From the NCBI GenBank assembly GCA_039648975.1, contig JBBWZK010000069.1, forward strand, positions 4,428 to 68,427: 64,000 nt of DNA. Direction: 5' to 3'. Position numbers and translations under genes: made by a program. The notes beneath the pieces are model-generated. The model was not told the DNA's origin and ran no database searches. It was given only the letters and a program-made list of their open reading frames with translations. This document shows positions 56,320 through 64,000 of the stretch, piece after piece (position 1 is the first letter of the stretch; each line of letters starts with the position of its first letter). The stretch is from Blastocatellia bacterium (GTDB taxonomy: Bacteria; Acidobacteriota; Blastocatellia; UBA7656).

Positions 56320-57768
56320 TCACTTCCCTTTTGCCGGCGACTTGCACTTGCCTTCCTTAGCGAGCCGGGCAAGCAAACTCAGGCGCAGGTTAGCGCTATC
56401 AAGCTCCAGCTTATTCTTGGTCGCGTCGGCTCGCCGCGTGAATTCTTGATAAGCGCGTTGCGCCTGCGGACCATCGCTCAATTTATCGAAGGCAATACCG
56501 AGAAAGTAATAGCTCGCCGCTACCTCTGGCTTCTGGCGAATCAGCCAGATGAACTCGACTGCCGCCTGCGGAAACTGCTTCAACTCAAAGAGCGCCGTCG
56601 CCAGGCTGGCGTGCGCCGCGTAGTTATTGGCGTCGCGCTGCAACGCTTCGGCAAGCACCGCGAGCGCCGGCTCGAATTGCCGCGAGCGCACGAGTGCCGC
56701 GCCCAGTTGAACGCGCGCGTGGTTGTCTTTTGCATCAATTTCCAGCGCCCGCTGATAATAAACGGCAGCTTCCCCGGGCTGCTGTTTGAAAAGCAAGTCG
56801 CCCGCCGTCACCAGCAGCCGTGCATCGTTGGGCCGCAGTTTGATGAGGCCGGCAATCTCTTTCATGGCCTCCGCGGTCTGGCCGCCTTCGGCCATCAGGC
56901 GGGCGATTTCCGTGCGCAGCGCATAATCGTTCGGGCGCTCGATGAGCAGCGTACGGTAGATTTGCAGCGCCGTCTGCGGCTGCCCTGTGCGCGTGTAGAG
57001 CGTCGCCAGCCGCAGCGCCGTCTCCTGCGACGGCTGTGTGCGATAAGCGATAGAGTAATCGGCAATCGCTTTGGCCGTATCGCCGTGCGCTTCGTAGAGT
57101 CGCGCACGTCCCTCGCGCGCCGTCGCGATGCTGGCATCCATCTCGATGGCTTTCGAGTAATCGGCAAACGCCTCCTCGGCTTTGCCTGTGCGTTCTTCGG
57201 CAATGCCGAGCAGCGCATAGATGAGCGCCGTCGCTTCGCCCTGTTCGATTGCGGCGCGCAGGTGCTCAAGGGCTTTCTGCGGCTCGTTGGTTTTGAGCAG
57301 CGCGCTGGCATAGAGCAGACGCACGCCGGTGATCTTCGGATCGAGTTCGAGGGCGCGGGCAAGCGCCGCCTTGGCGTCGGGCGTTGCATCGCGATCCAGC
57401 AGCACCTGGCCGAGGGCGCGATAAGCGCGGGCGAAGTTCGGCTCCATGGCGATGACTTTTCTGAGATCGGCTTCGGCCTCTTTGTCGCGGGCCAGGGCAA
57501 TCAGCGCCGTGGCGCGTTGATAGTACGGCTGGTAAAGCGACGGCGCGGCGTTGATGGCGTTGCTGTAATAGCGCACCGCCGCCGAATGATCGCCGCGCTG
57601 CTGGGCATTCTGCCCTTCTTCAAAAGCGGCGGCGGCCCGCTGATCTTCATTGTGACTATTGGTTTGCGCCCGACAGATCGGCGCGGCGACGACCAGTAAA
57701 GTAACGACGATTATAAAACCGGAAAGGCGCATACGGATGACAACCTCGCAAGCCATCATAGCACCCAC
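56320..57768 (-). CDS. TPR-repeat protein (secreted)
   Basis: About ten 34-aa TPR units (..A..Y..A..P....A...LG..). The probable start is MRLSGFIIVV at 57732. Confidence 0.75.
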   Translation of the reverse strand: MGAMMACEVVIRMRLSGFIIVVTLLVVAAPICRAQTNSHNEDQRAAAAFEEGQNAQQRGDHSAAVRYYSNAINAAPSLYQPYYQRATALIALARDKEAEADLRKVIAMEPNFARAYRALGQVLLDRDATPDAKAALARALELDPKITGVRLLYASALLKTNEPQKALEHLRAAIEQGEATALIYALLGIAEERTGKAEEAFADYSKAIEMDASIATAREGRARLYEAHGDTAKAIADYSIAYRTQPSQETALRLATLYTRTGQPQTALQIYRTLLIERPNDYALRTEIARLMAEGGQTAEAMKEIAGLIKLRPNDARLLVTAGDLLFKQQPGEAAVYYQRALEIDAKDNHARVQLGAALVRSRQFEPALAVLAEALQRDANNYAAHASLATALFELKQFPQAAVEFIWLIRQKPEVAASYYFLGIAFDKLSDGPQAQRAYQEFTRRADATKNKLELDSANLRLSLLARLAKEGKCKSPAKGK

Positions 57769-57830
57769 GCCATCGGCGCATCAACAGAACGACTTTGAGC
57801 CGAAGCGGGTAACGTTTACTGGCATCATCA

Positions 57831-57973
57831 GTCCATTAGGGACGAAATGTTTATAGCCACCATTGCCGATAATACTCCAAGCTCCGTTAGGAGCGTAATG
57901 TTGACATTTCGCCCCTACGAGGCTTGGCTTCTTTTCGACGCTCGCAACTATAAACATTTCGTCCCTACGGGAC
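57831..57973. repeat. MITE/REP-like nested palindromic element
   Basis: The 26-bp terminal inverted repeats are GTCCATTAGGGACGAAATGTTTATAG (57831-57856) and CTATAAACATTTCGTCCCTACGGGAC (57948-57973). Internal mini-hairpins GCTCC-GTTA-GGAGC and GCC-CCTACGA-GGC are present. Confidence 0.6.
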
Positions 57974-58069
57974 TGGCACAAAACTGAGCCACGGCGTCAC
58001 AACAACCCTTACAGACTTCAGACCTTGAGCGATCATCAGCACGGGCTAATCGTTCGTGCTGCTATACTC

Positions 58070-58660
58070 ATGGACATGAAAGCCGATGGATTTGTCACGG
58101 CAGGCGGCAAGAGTTCGCGCATGGGCCGCGATAAAGCCTGGCTCGAACTCGACGGCGCAACCATGATTGCGCGTGTCGTTGCAGCGCTCAGACCTGTGAC
58201 CGCGAGCGTGACGATCATCGCCAATCGCCCTGAATATGGACGACTCAATTTGCCTGTCGTCGCTGATACACACAACGGCATCGGCCCGCTTGAAGCCATC
58301 CGCACAGCCTTAGCCCATTCCCGACAGCCGCGCGTTGTGCTGGCCGGCTGCGACCTGCCTTTTGTCACGCCGCAATTGTTTACTTACCTGCTGTGTGTTG
58401 ATGGCAACGCACAGGCGGTTGTGCCTCTGGATGAAAGCGGGCGATTAGAGCCACTGTGCGCCATCTATTCGACCGCTGCGCTTGACGCTGTGACCGAGTT
58501 GATCGCCAATGGCGAGCGCAAGGTGAGCCGCTTGTTCGAGCGCATCCCGACGCGCTTTGTGGCGTTCAGCGAGCTTCATCATCTGGCCGGGGCAAGGCGG
58601 TTTTTTGAAAACATCAATTCGCCGCAAGATTATCAGCGGATTATTGCCAGCTTAAAATAA
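58070..58660 (+). CDS. mobA: Molybdenum cofactor guanylyltransferase
   Basis: GFVTAGGKSSRMGRDKAWLELDGATMI is present. ATG at 58070; the track ORF starts at TTG 58025. Confidence 0.8.
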   Translation: MDMKADGFVTAGGKSSRMGRDKAWLELDGATMIARVVAALRPVTASVTIIANRPEYGRLNLPVVADTHNGIGPLEAIRTALAHSRQPRVVLAGCDLPFVTPQLFTYLLCVDGNAQAVVPLDESGRLEPLCAIYSTAALDAVTELIANGERKVSRLFERIPTRFVAFSELHHLAGARRFFENINSPQDYQRIIASLK

Positions 58661-58904
58661 TCTGATTGGGTGGAAAGGCCCGAAAGGAAAGACAAATTTC
58701 AAATTAATGAAGAAAAGGCTTGCGTTCCGCACGAGACGTTACATATACTTGCGGCTCTTGGGTATCCCCTCAGATCTAACTAGTTGTCATGATGGTCGCT
58801 GTCATGACTGTTAATGTGGCGCGCGGCTTGAAATCTGCTCCCCAGCAGGCAGCCCCTATAGGTGAGATTCCCATACATTATCCCTTAAGGGTAGAGGCTG
58901 AAAA

Positions 58905-59195
58905 ATGACTCTATTTTGTAAGCTAAGTAGAAAACATTACTGGTGCACACCGCATCGCTCGGAAGATCATCGGTTAGTGCAAGTCTGTTATGAATGCGGT
59001 GCCGAGCGTCCGGCCCGCGAGCTGCACACCGAAAAATTGCCCGAGGGTGTTCATCGCACACTGGCGACCGCGACGAGGAATCTCACCGGTGTTGTCGCCA
59101 GACCTGTTGGACTGGAAAGGCCAGAGAGCAGAAGAAGCGATCAACGCCTGGCCCTGGGTCAAGCCACTTTGAGCCGGCTGACGCTGGTGAAGTAA
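58905..59195 (+). CDS. Small Cys-containing (zinc-ribbon-like) protein, unknown function
   Basis: C..x7..C ... CYEC spacing is seen. GAGG lies 8 nt upstream of the ATG. Confidence 0.35.
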   Translation: MTLFCKLSRKHYWCTPHRSEDHRLVQVCYECGAERPARELHTEKLPEGVHRTLATATRNLTGVVARPVGLERPESRRSDQRLALGQATLSRLTLVK

Positions 59196-59330
59196 ATGAT
59201 GCATGCAGAATGATGAATGATGAACTAAAGAGGAATAGGAAGCGTCGGCGCGTTGCGCCGGATTATTTATAAACCATCCCACGTCCGTTTCCGCCGCACA
59301 TTCATCATTCATCACTCATCATTCATCATT
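59195..59330. repeat. Heptamer-array inverted repeat (AATGATG units) at the 3' end of the response-regulator gene
   Basis: AATGATG units at 59195-59224 pair with TTCATCATTCATCACTCATCATTCATCATT (59301-59330). The right arm includes the last codons and the stop codon of the gene. Confidence 0.8.
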
Positions 59331-60659
59331 TCCTTTTGTCGGTTTCTTCAAGCCGAATTTTTCGAGGCGATATTGCAGCGTGCGGAACGACAGCCCCAGT
59401 AGTTTGGCGGCGCGCGTGATGTTCCAGCCGGTCTGCTCCATCGCCTGTGTGATCAAAGACTTCTCTACTTCATCGAACGAAATGCCTTCGGGCGGCAGCT
59501 TGAAAGTGAAAGCGCCCGCGCCGCTCGCTTCCTGGCGAATCTCCACAGGCAAATCTTCCACATCAATCGTATCGCCTTCACATAACAGGATGGCGCGCTC
59601 GATGGCCGATTCCACCTGCCGCACGTTGCCCGGCCACGCATAGTTCATCAGGAAGTTGCGCGCCGACGGCGTCAGGCCGCGAATCAAGCGATGCGCCGTG
59701 GCGCTGTGCTTGGCGATGAAGTGTTCGATCAATGGCGGAATATCCGTGCGCCGATTGCGCAGTGGCGGAATGGTAATCGGAATAATATTCAGACGGTAAT
59801 AGAGGTCTTCGCGGAAACGGCCATCTTTGACCATGGCTTCGAGATCGCGGTTGGTCGCCGCGATGACTCGCACATCGACGCGCAGAGGCCGCGAGCCGCC
59901 GACGCGCATGACCTCTTTTTCCTGTAGAGCGCGCAGCAGCTTGGCCTGCATGCTGATGTTCAAGTCGCCGATTTCATCGAGAAAGAGCGTGCCTTTGTCG
60001 GCGAGTTCAAACTGGCCCTTCTTCTGCGCGTGCGCGCCAGTGAACGAGCCTTTTTCGTGACCGAACAACTCGGATTCGATCAGGTTTTCGTTGATGGCGG
60101 CGCAGTTGACAGCTTGAAAGATTTCGCCGGCGCGCGGGCTGGCTTTGTGTATGGCGCGGGCGACGCGCTCTTTGCCGACGCCCGATTCGCCGCGCACCAA
60201 CACGGTCGAAGTCGAGCCTGCGACTTTCAAGATCATCTTCTTGACGCGCTCCATCTCTTCGCTTGCGCCGATGATTTCATCGTCAATGCTGTTCAAGCGA
60301 CTGAGCGCGCTTTCGACGACCTTCAACAACTGCTCGCGATCAATCGGCTTTTCGAGATAATCATAAGCGCCGCTGCGCAAGGCTTCTTTCACCGATTCGA
60401 CAGAGCCGTGCGCCGTCATCATCACGACGAGCCGCGACGGGTCGTCTCTGAGCAACTCGCTGAGCAGCGTCAGACCGTCCATGCCGGTCATCTTGTAATC
60501 GGTGAGCACGAGGTCGAAATCCTGCTCGCGCGCCAGCTTCAGCGCGTGTTCACCGCTCTGCCCGGTCGTCACCTGATACCCATCGTCTTCAAGGATGAGC
60601 GTGTAGATTTCTCGCTGGTTGCGTTCGTCATCGACGACCAGCACTTTATTTCTTGGCAT
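59319..60659 (-). CDS. Sigma-54-dependent response regulator (NtrC/AtoC family)
   Basis: It has a REC domain ([12 protein letters not shown]), an AAA+ domain ([23 protein letters not shown]) and a Fis-type HTH. The ATG at 60657-60659 follows AAGGGAGAA. Confidence 0.9.
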   Translation of the reverse strand: MPRNKVLVVDDERNQREIYTLILEDDGYQVTTGQSGEHALKLAREQDFDLVLTDYKMTGMDGLTLLSELLRDDPSRLVVMMTAHGSVESVKEALRSGAYDYLEKPIDREQLLKVVESALSRLNSIDDEIIGASEEMERVKKMILKVAGSTSTVLVRGESGVGKERVARAIHKASPRAGEIFQAVNCAAINENLIESELFGHEKGSFTGAHAQKKGQFELADKGTLFLDEIGDLNISMQAKLLRALQEKEVMRVGGSRPLRVDVRVIAATNRDLEAMVKDGRFREDLYYRLNIIPITIPPLRNRRTDIPPLIEHFIAKHSATAHRLIRGLTPSARNFLMNYAWPGNVRQVESAIERAILLCEGDTIDVEDLPVEIRQEASGAGAFTFKLPPEGISFDEVEKSLITQAMEQTGWNITRAAKLLGLSFRTLQYRLEKFGLKKPTKGNDE

Positions 60660-60676
60660 TCGCTGTTCTCCCTTAA

Positions 60677-60769
60677 CGTGATGCGTGATACGTGATGCGT
60701 GATTCATCGGGCATTGTGAGTTTGCATAAGGTGCAAACCTCCGGTCACGCATCACGCATCACGTATCAC
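60677..60769. repeat. Heptamer-array inverted repeat (CGTGATG units) filling the kinase-regulator intercistronic gap
   Basis: CGTGATG CGTGATA CGTGATG CGTGATT (60677-60704) pairs with TCACGCA TCACGCA TCACGTA TCAC (60745-60769). At least 18 bp are complementary. Confidence 0.8.
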
Positions 60770-62261
60770 TTCCTTCCGCTGCCGGCAGCGTAACGGTAAA
60801 AGTCGTGCCGCGATCTAACTGGCTCTCGACGGCAATGCTTCCCTTATGCTCTTCGATGATCTTTCGGGTTACCGCCAGCCCGAGCCCGAAGCCCGACTGC
60901 TTGGTTGAAAAATAGGGTTCAAAAATTTTACCCAGTGATTCTTCGCTGATGCCGACGCCTGTGTCGCTGATCTTCACTTCAACGTCGCCGTCGTGACGTG
61001 CGACCTGTGCGGTGAGATGCCCGCCCGTAGGCATGGCTTGCAGCGCGTTGATGGCGAGATTCGAGACAAATGATTTCAAGCGCTCACGGTCGCCGCGCAC
61101 GCTGGCCGGGCCGCTGGCTTCGTCAATCGTCACGGCGACGCCCTGTATATCGGCCTGCTGACGCAGCAGCGCCAACGTCTCTTCGACCAGTTGCCGCATA
61201 TCTATGGTTTCAACCGCAAAGCGCGCCGGTCGCCCATAATTCAACAGATCGTTGACCAGATGCTTCAAGCGTTCGATCTCATCTTTGATCGACGAGAGCA
61301 ACTGCGTGAACTTCTCGCGCCGCGCCGGGTCTTCGGGCGCGTACTTCTTGTTGACGTGATCAATTGAGAGATTGATTACATTCAGCGGATTGCGAATCTC
61401 GTGGGCCACCGATTGCGTCAATCGCCCGATGACGGCGGCGCGCTCGGATTGATTCAGACGTTCTTCAAGGTCGCGTTTCGATTTCAGCCCATCAATCATT
61501 TCATTAAACGTCGTGGCGAGCTGGCCGACTTCGTCATTGCGCTTCACTGTGACCTGAAAATCGAGGTTGCCGGCGGCGACGACGCGCGCCGCGCGCGCCA
61601 GTTCCTGAATCGGGCGCGTGAAGCTCCAGCCGATCAACACGGCGATGGCGATGGCAATCAGCAACAGGCCGGAGGTGGCGACCAGCCGATAATTCGACAG
61701 TTCTTTGTTATTGTCTGAGAGCGTCTGCGACGCCGCTTTGATCTGATTGATCGTGGATTTCTGCGACAACACGATGACGATCCAATGCAGTCCTTTAGTC
61801 GTCACCACGGGCAAGTCGTAGGTCCTGGTCAGGCCGCCGTGAATATCGACTTCGCCCTCGACCGGATCGCCGGCAAGCTCTTTGGCGATGGCTTCGCTCG
61901 GCACCGGAATGTACTCGTTGATCTTTTCACGCAGCGTGCTATCTTTCACTTTGCCGTCGCTGTCGGCGACCAGGATGTGCTCAACGGCGGGCGGCAACTC
62001 GTCGGGCTTAACCGTCTGGTAAAGAAACTCTTCTTTATCGAGGTTCCCCTGGGCAAGATTAATGGCTTGCGCGAAATCGCCGATCAGGCCATTGAGGGCG
62101 GCAGTGACTTTCTGATTCTGTGTGTCGATCTCCACAGCGGCGCGCTTGGCAGCCCAGTGGTCGAGCAAGATAACCAGGGCAATCGTCAGCAATAAAAAAG
62201 ACGCGAGCAGCAATATCAGCCGCGCCCGAAAGCTCATCAGGAATCTTACTTTGTCACTCAT
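60759..62261 (-). CDS. HAMP-domain sensor histidine kinase
   Basis: Two TM segments, a HAMP domain, the H-box SVAHEIRNPL, and N/G boxes (..ISDTGVGI.., GFGLGLAVTRKII). Confidence 0.9.
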   Translation of the reverse strand: MSDKVRFLMSFRARLILLLASFLLLTIALVILLDHWAAKRAAVEIDTQNQKVTAALNGLIGDFAQAINLAQGNLDKEEFLYQTVKPDELPPAVEHILVADSDGKVKDSTLREKINEYIPVPSEAIAKELAGDPVEGEVDIHGGLTRTYDLPVVTTKGLHWIVIVLSQKSTINQIKAASQTLSDNNKELSNYRLVATSGLLLIAIAIAVLIGWSFTRPIQELARAARVVAAGNLDFQVTVKRNDEVGQLATTFNEMIDGLKSKRDLEERLNQSERAAVIGRLTQSVAHEIRNPLNVINLSIDHVNKKYAPEDPARREKFTQLLSSIKDEIERLKHLVNDLLNYGRPARFAVETIDMRQLVEETLALLRQQADIQGVAVTIDEASGPASVRGDRERLKSFVSNLAINALQAMPTGGHLTAQVARHDGDVEVKISDTGVGISEESLGKIFEPYFSTKQSGFGLGLAVTRKIIEEHKGSIAVESQLDRGTTFTVTLPAAEGSDT

Positions 62262-62493
62262 ACATGACGCCTATGGCTTTGATGCCCTCACCCGGCCTTT
62301 GTCACCTGCGCCTGTCGTCTTATTTGCCATCATAGCACACGGCGCGCGGCTTCAGGAGTCGTCGCCGCTCGAGTTGCCCGGCCAACCGTGCCAACGCGCG
62401 GGCCAACCAGGTGCATCATCGTTATTGAATAAGATTGAAAATGAAGCCCGTGCGGTAGAATCTAAAGTTGAGGACAGAAGAGTGGAGGAACAG

Positions 62494-62634
62494 ATGAGAT
62501 ACATTAAGCCAGCCATCCTGGGGATGTGCGCGCGCGCCGCGGGAGCGGAATTTGGCAAAGCCTCGACGCCAATCGAATCAGGCACGATTGACGTGCAGGC
62601 CATTGTCACGCTCACCGTCGAGATCGCCCAGTAA
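62494..62634 (+). CDS. Candidate 46-aa small ORF
   Basis: The ATG is preceded by GGAGGA at 4-5 nt. The peptide is MRYIKPAILGMCARAAGAEFGKASTPIESGTIDVQAIVTLTVEIAQ. No partner genes are nearby. Confidence 0.3.
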   Translation: MRYIKPAILGMCARAAGAEFGKASTPIESGTIDVQAIVTLTVEIAQ

Positions 62635-62915
62635 GCCATAACTCTGACGGGACGAATGAATGAACAGAGCGTCGGGAAGTATTGAGGCAAGCTGCAACGG
62701 TAAGGGGTTGCGGCAATCCGTTGAAGTGAATCGTCAAAGGTCGTGCAGCCGACTTCTGAAGCATCGCTTTAAGGTGAGGGCGGTCGACAGCGCGGGTTTT
62801 CTGAATTGCCATCGTCGCCATACGGCTAGTATTTCATACGTCTCCGGTTCATCCTTGTTCGGTTGCGCCGTCAGATATTATAGTTGACCCAGCTTGTTCA
62901 GCTTGATGAAATCCT

Positions 62916-63974
62916 ATGATGCAAAACTTCAGAACCATCATTCAGCGCCTACTGGCGCTTGGCCTTTTATTGCTGGCGGTCAATCTTTCGGGCTGTGCGC
63001 AGCCGAAGCCGATCAAAGATTTGCAGCCGACCGTGATTCTCGTCTCGTTGGACGGGTTTCGTAACGATTACCTGGAGAAATACGATCCGCCCAACCTGAA
63101 TCTTCTGGCGCGCGAGGGCGTGCGCGCCCGCTGGATGACGCCGTCGTTCCCCAGCAAAACTTTCCCTAACCATTACGCCATTGCCACAGGGCTTTATCCG
63201 CAAAATAACGGCATCGTCGAAAACAACATCTACGACCGTGAATCCCATGTCCTCTTCACTATGGACAATCGGCAAGAGGTGCGCAACGGGCGCTGGTGGC
63301 TGGGCGAGCCGATCTGGATCACTGCCGAAAAGCAGGGGCAGCGCGCCGCCCCCTTCTTCTTTCCCGGCAGCGAGGCGGAAATCGCCGGCCTTCGACCGAC
63401 CTTCTGGAAGCCTTTTGACGACGGCATGCCGAATAATGCGCGCGTTGATACGGTGCTTTCCTGGCTCGATCTGCCGGTGAATCAGCGGCCTACGTTTCTG
63501 AGCCTGTACTTCAGCGACGTCGACAGTGCGGGGCATGAGTTCAGCCCGGACTCAAGCGAGACGAAAGATGCGGTGCTCAAAGTTGACCGCGCCATCGCCA
63601 GGCTGATTGCCGGACTCAAAACGCGCGGGATTTTCACGAAGGTTAATCTGATTATCATTTCCGATCACGGCATGACGGCGGTGAATTCCAATAACGCCAT
63701 TCTCCTGGATGAGCTATTCGACACCAATCTGGCGGAGAAGATTTTGTGGACAGCGGAAATCGCCGGCATCTTTCCCAAAGAAGGTCAAGAAGAGGTGATT
63801 TACGAAGCTCTGAAAGCCGGTTTGCCGCCGCAGGCAAAGGTTTATCACAAACGCGAAGTCCCTGCACGTTTTCATTATTCCGACAGCCCGCGCATCCCGC
63901 CGCTTTTGGTTCTACCGGACGAAGGCTGGATCATCACGAATCGCAAACGCTTTGCCGATACTGAGCGACAGTGA
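62916..63974 (+). CDS. Ectonucleotide pyrophosphatase/phosphodiesterase (alkaline-phosphatase superfamily)
   Basis: VILVSLDGFRNDY..PSFPSKTFPNHYAIATGLYP..SDVDSAGHEFGP-type motifs and a signal peptide are present. Confidence 0.85.
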   Translation: MMQNFRTIIQRLLALGLLLLAVNLSGCAQPKPIKDLQPTVILVSLDGFRNDYLEKYDPPNLNLLAREGVRARWMTPSFPSKTFPNHYAIATGLYPQNNGIVENNIYDRESHVLFTMDNRQEVRNGRWWLGEPIWITAEKQGQRAAPFFFPGSEAEIAGLRPTFWKPFDDGMPNNARVDTVLSWLDLPVNQRPTFLSLYFSDVDSAGHEFSPDSSETKDAVLKVDRAIARLIAGLKTRGIFTKVNLIIISDHGMTAVNSNNAILLDELFDTNLAEKILWTAEIAGIFPKEGQEEVIYEALKAGLPPQAKVYHKREVPARFHYSDSPRIPPLLVLPDEGWIITNRKRFADTERQ

Positions 63975-64000
63975 ACGATGAATCACTTGCGTGGCGGGCA

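Noticed and set aside
55091-56449. Plus-strand ORFs (178, 117, 91 and 181 aa) over 55103-56347
   Set aside because: They are overlapping antisense frames of a GC-rich gene and have no start context. The minus frame is coupled to the upstream TPR gene (stop and start 2 nt apart).
56251-57699. 482-aa plus-strand ORF mirroring the TPR gene
   Set aside because: The minus-strand frame shows regular 34-aa TPR units and a signal peptide. The plus-strand product is an Arg-rich, low-complexity mirror frame.
59380-60695. Plus-strand ORFs (87-221 aa) antisense to the response-regulator gene
   Set aside because: These are shadow frames. The minus frame has the REC, AAA+ and HTH motifs.
39680-60769. Heptamer arrays as possible CRISPR or other spacer-containing arrays
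   Set aside because: The units are 7 nt, directly abutting with no spacers. They occur as inverted pairs at gene boundaries, and no cas genes are present.
1-64000. Search by eye for rRNA, tRNA, integrase, transposase or reverse transcriptase genes
   Set aside because: I recognised none. A tRNA could be missed without a covariance-model scan, so running tRNAscan-SE and Infernal on 25.9-27.9 kb and 36.5-37.0 kb would settle this.

Overview
This 64-kb window comes from a moderately GC-rich bacterial chromosome. Gene content and repeat style look Acidobacteria-like, but the taxon cannot be proven from sequence alone.

The left ~36 kb (1-35,885) looks horizontally acquired. Its right edge cuts the competence gene comM/yifB inside the Walker-A block. 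It contains four parts:
- An AT-rich pair of abortive-infection-type genes at 138-2015: an AbiJ-NTD4/HEPN protein and an Abi-alpha/DUF4393-like protein.
- A minus-strand HK97-type siphovirus morphogenesis operon running from terS (23,810) to the tail tip (2,634). It has terL, portal, MuF-like protein, prohead protease, HK97 capsid, connectors, major tail, G/T chaperones, a 1729-aa tape measure and tail-tip proteins. One tail-tip protein carries about 185 aa of H-[S/T]-D repeats.
- A short control region with two XRE genes and palindromic operator candidates. I found no integrase, replication or endolysin gene.
- A cargo island. It holds a 1063-aa MmeI/PglX-like N6-adenine methyltransferase, a DprA-family protein and a HAD::ComF-like PRTase fusion (27,875-33,486). 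This three-gene cassette is my best candidate for an undescribed system. The island also holds an orphan gene and an AT-rich pair of membrane proteins behind a near-consensus promoter.

The right ~28 kb is core chromosome. It carries rsmA, ribD, tsaD, a Zn-ADH, an S8 protease, a Uma2 nuclease, a TPR protein, mobA, a sigma54-type two-component pair and an NPP phosphodiesterase. It also carries an Rhs toxin locus: the main gene is broken by one in-frame TAG and one frameshift, and it is followed by immunity-like genes and two decayed orphan toxin cassettes.

Several core gene boundaries carry long hairpins built from tandem heptamer arrays. One 143-bp MITE-like palindromic element is also present. 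I recognised no rRNA, tRNA or CRISPR array by eye.
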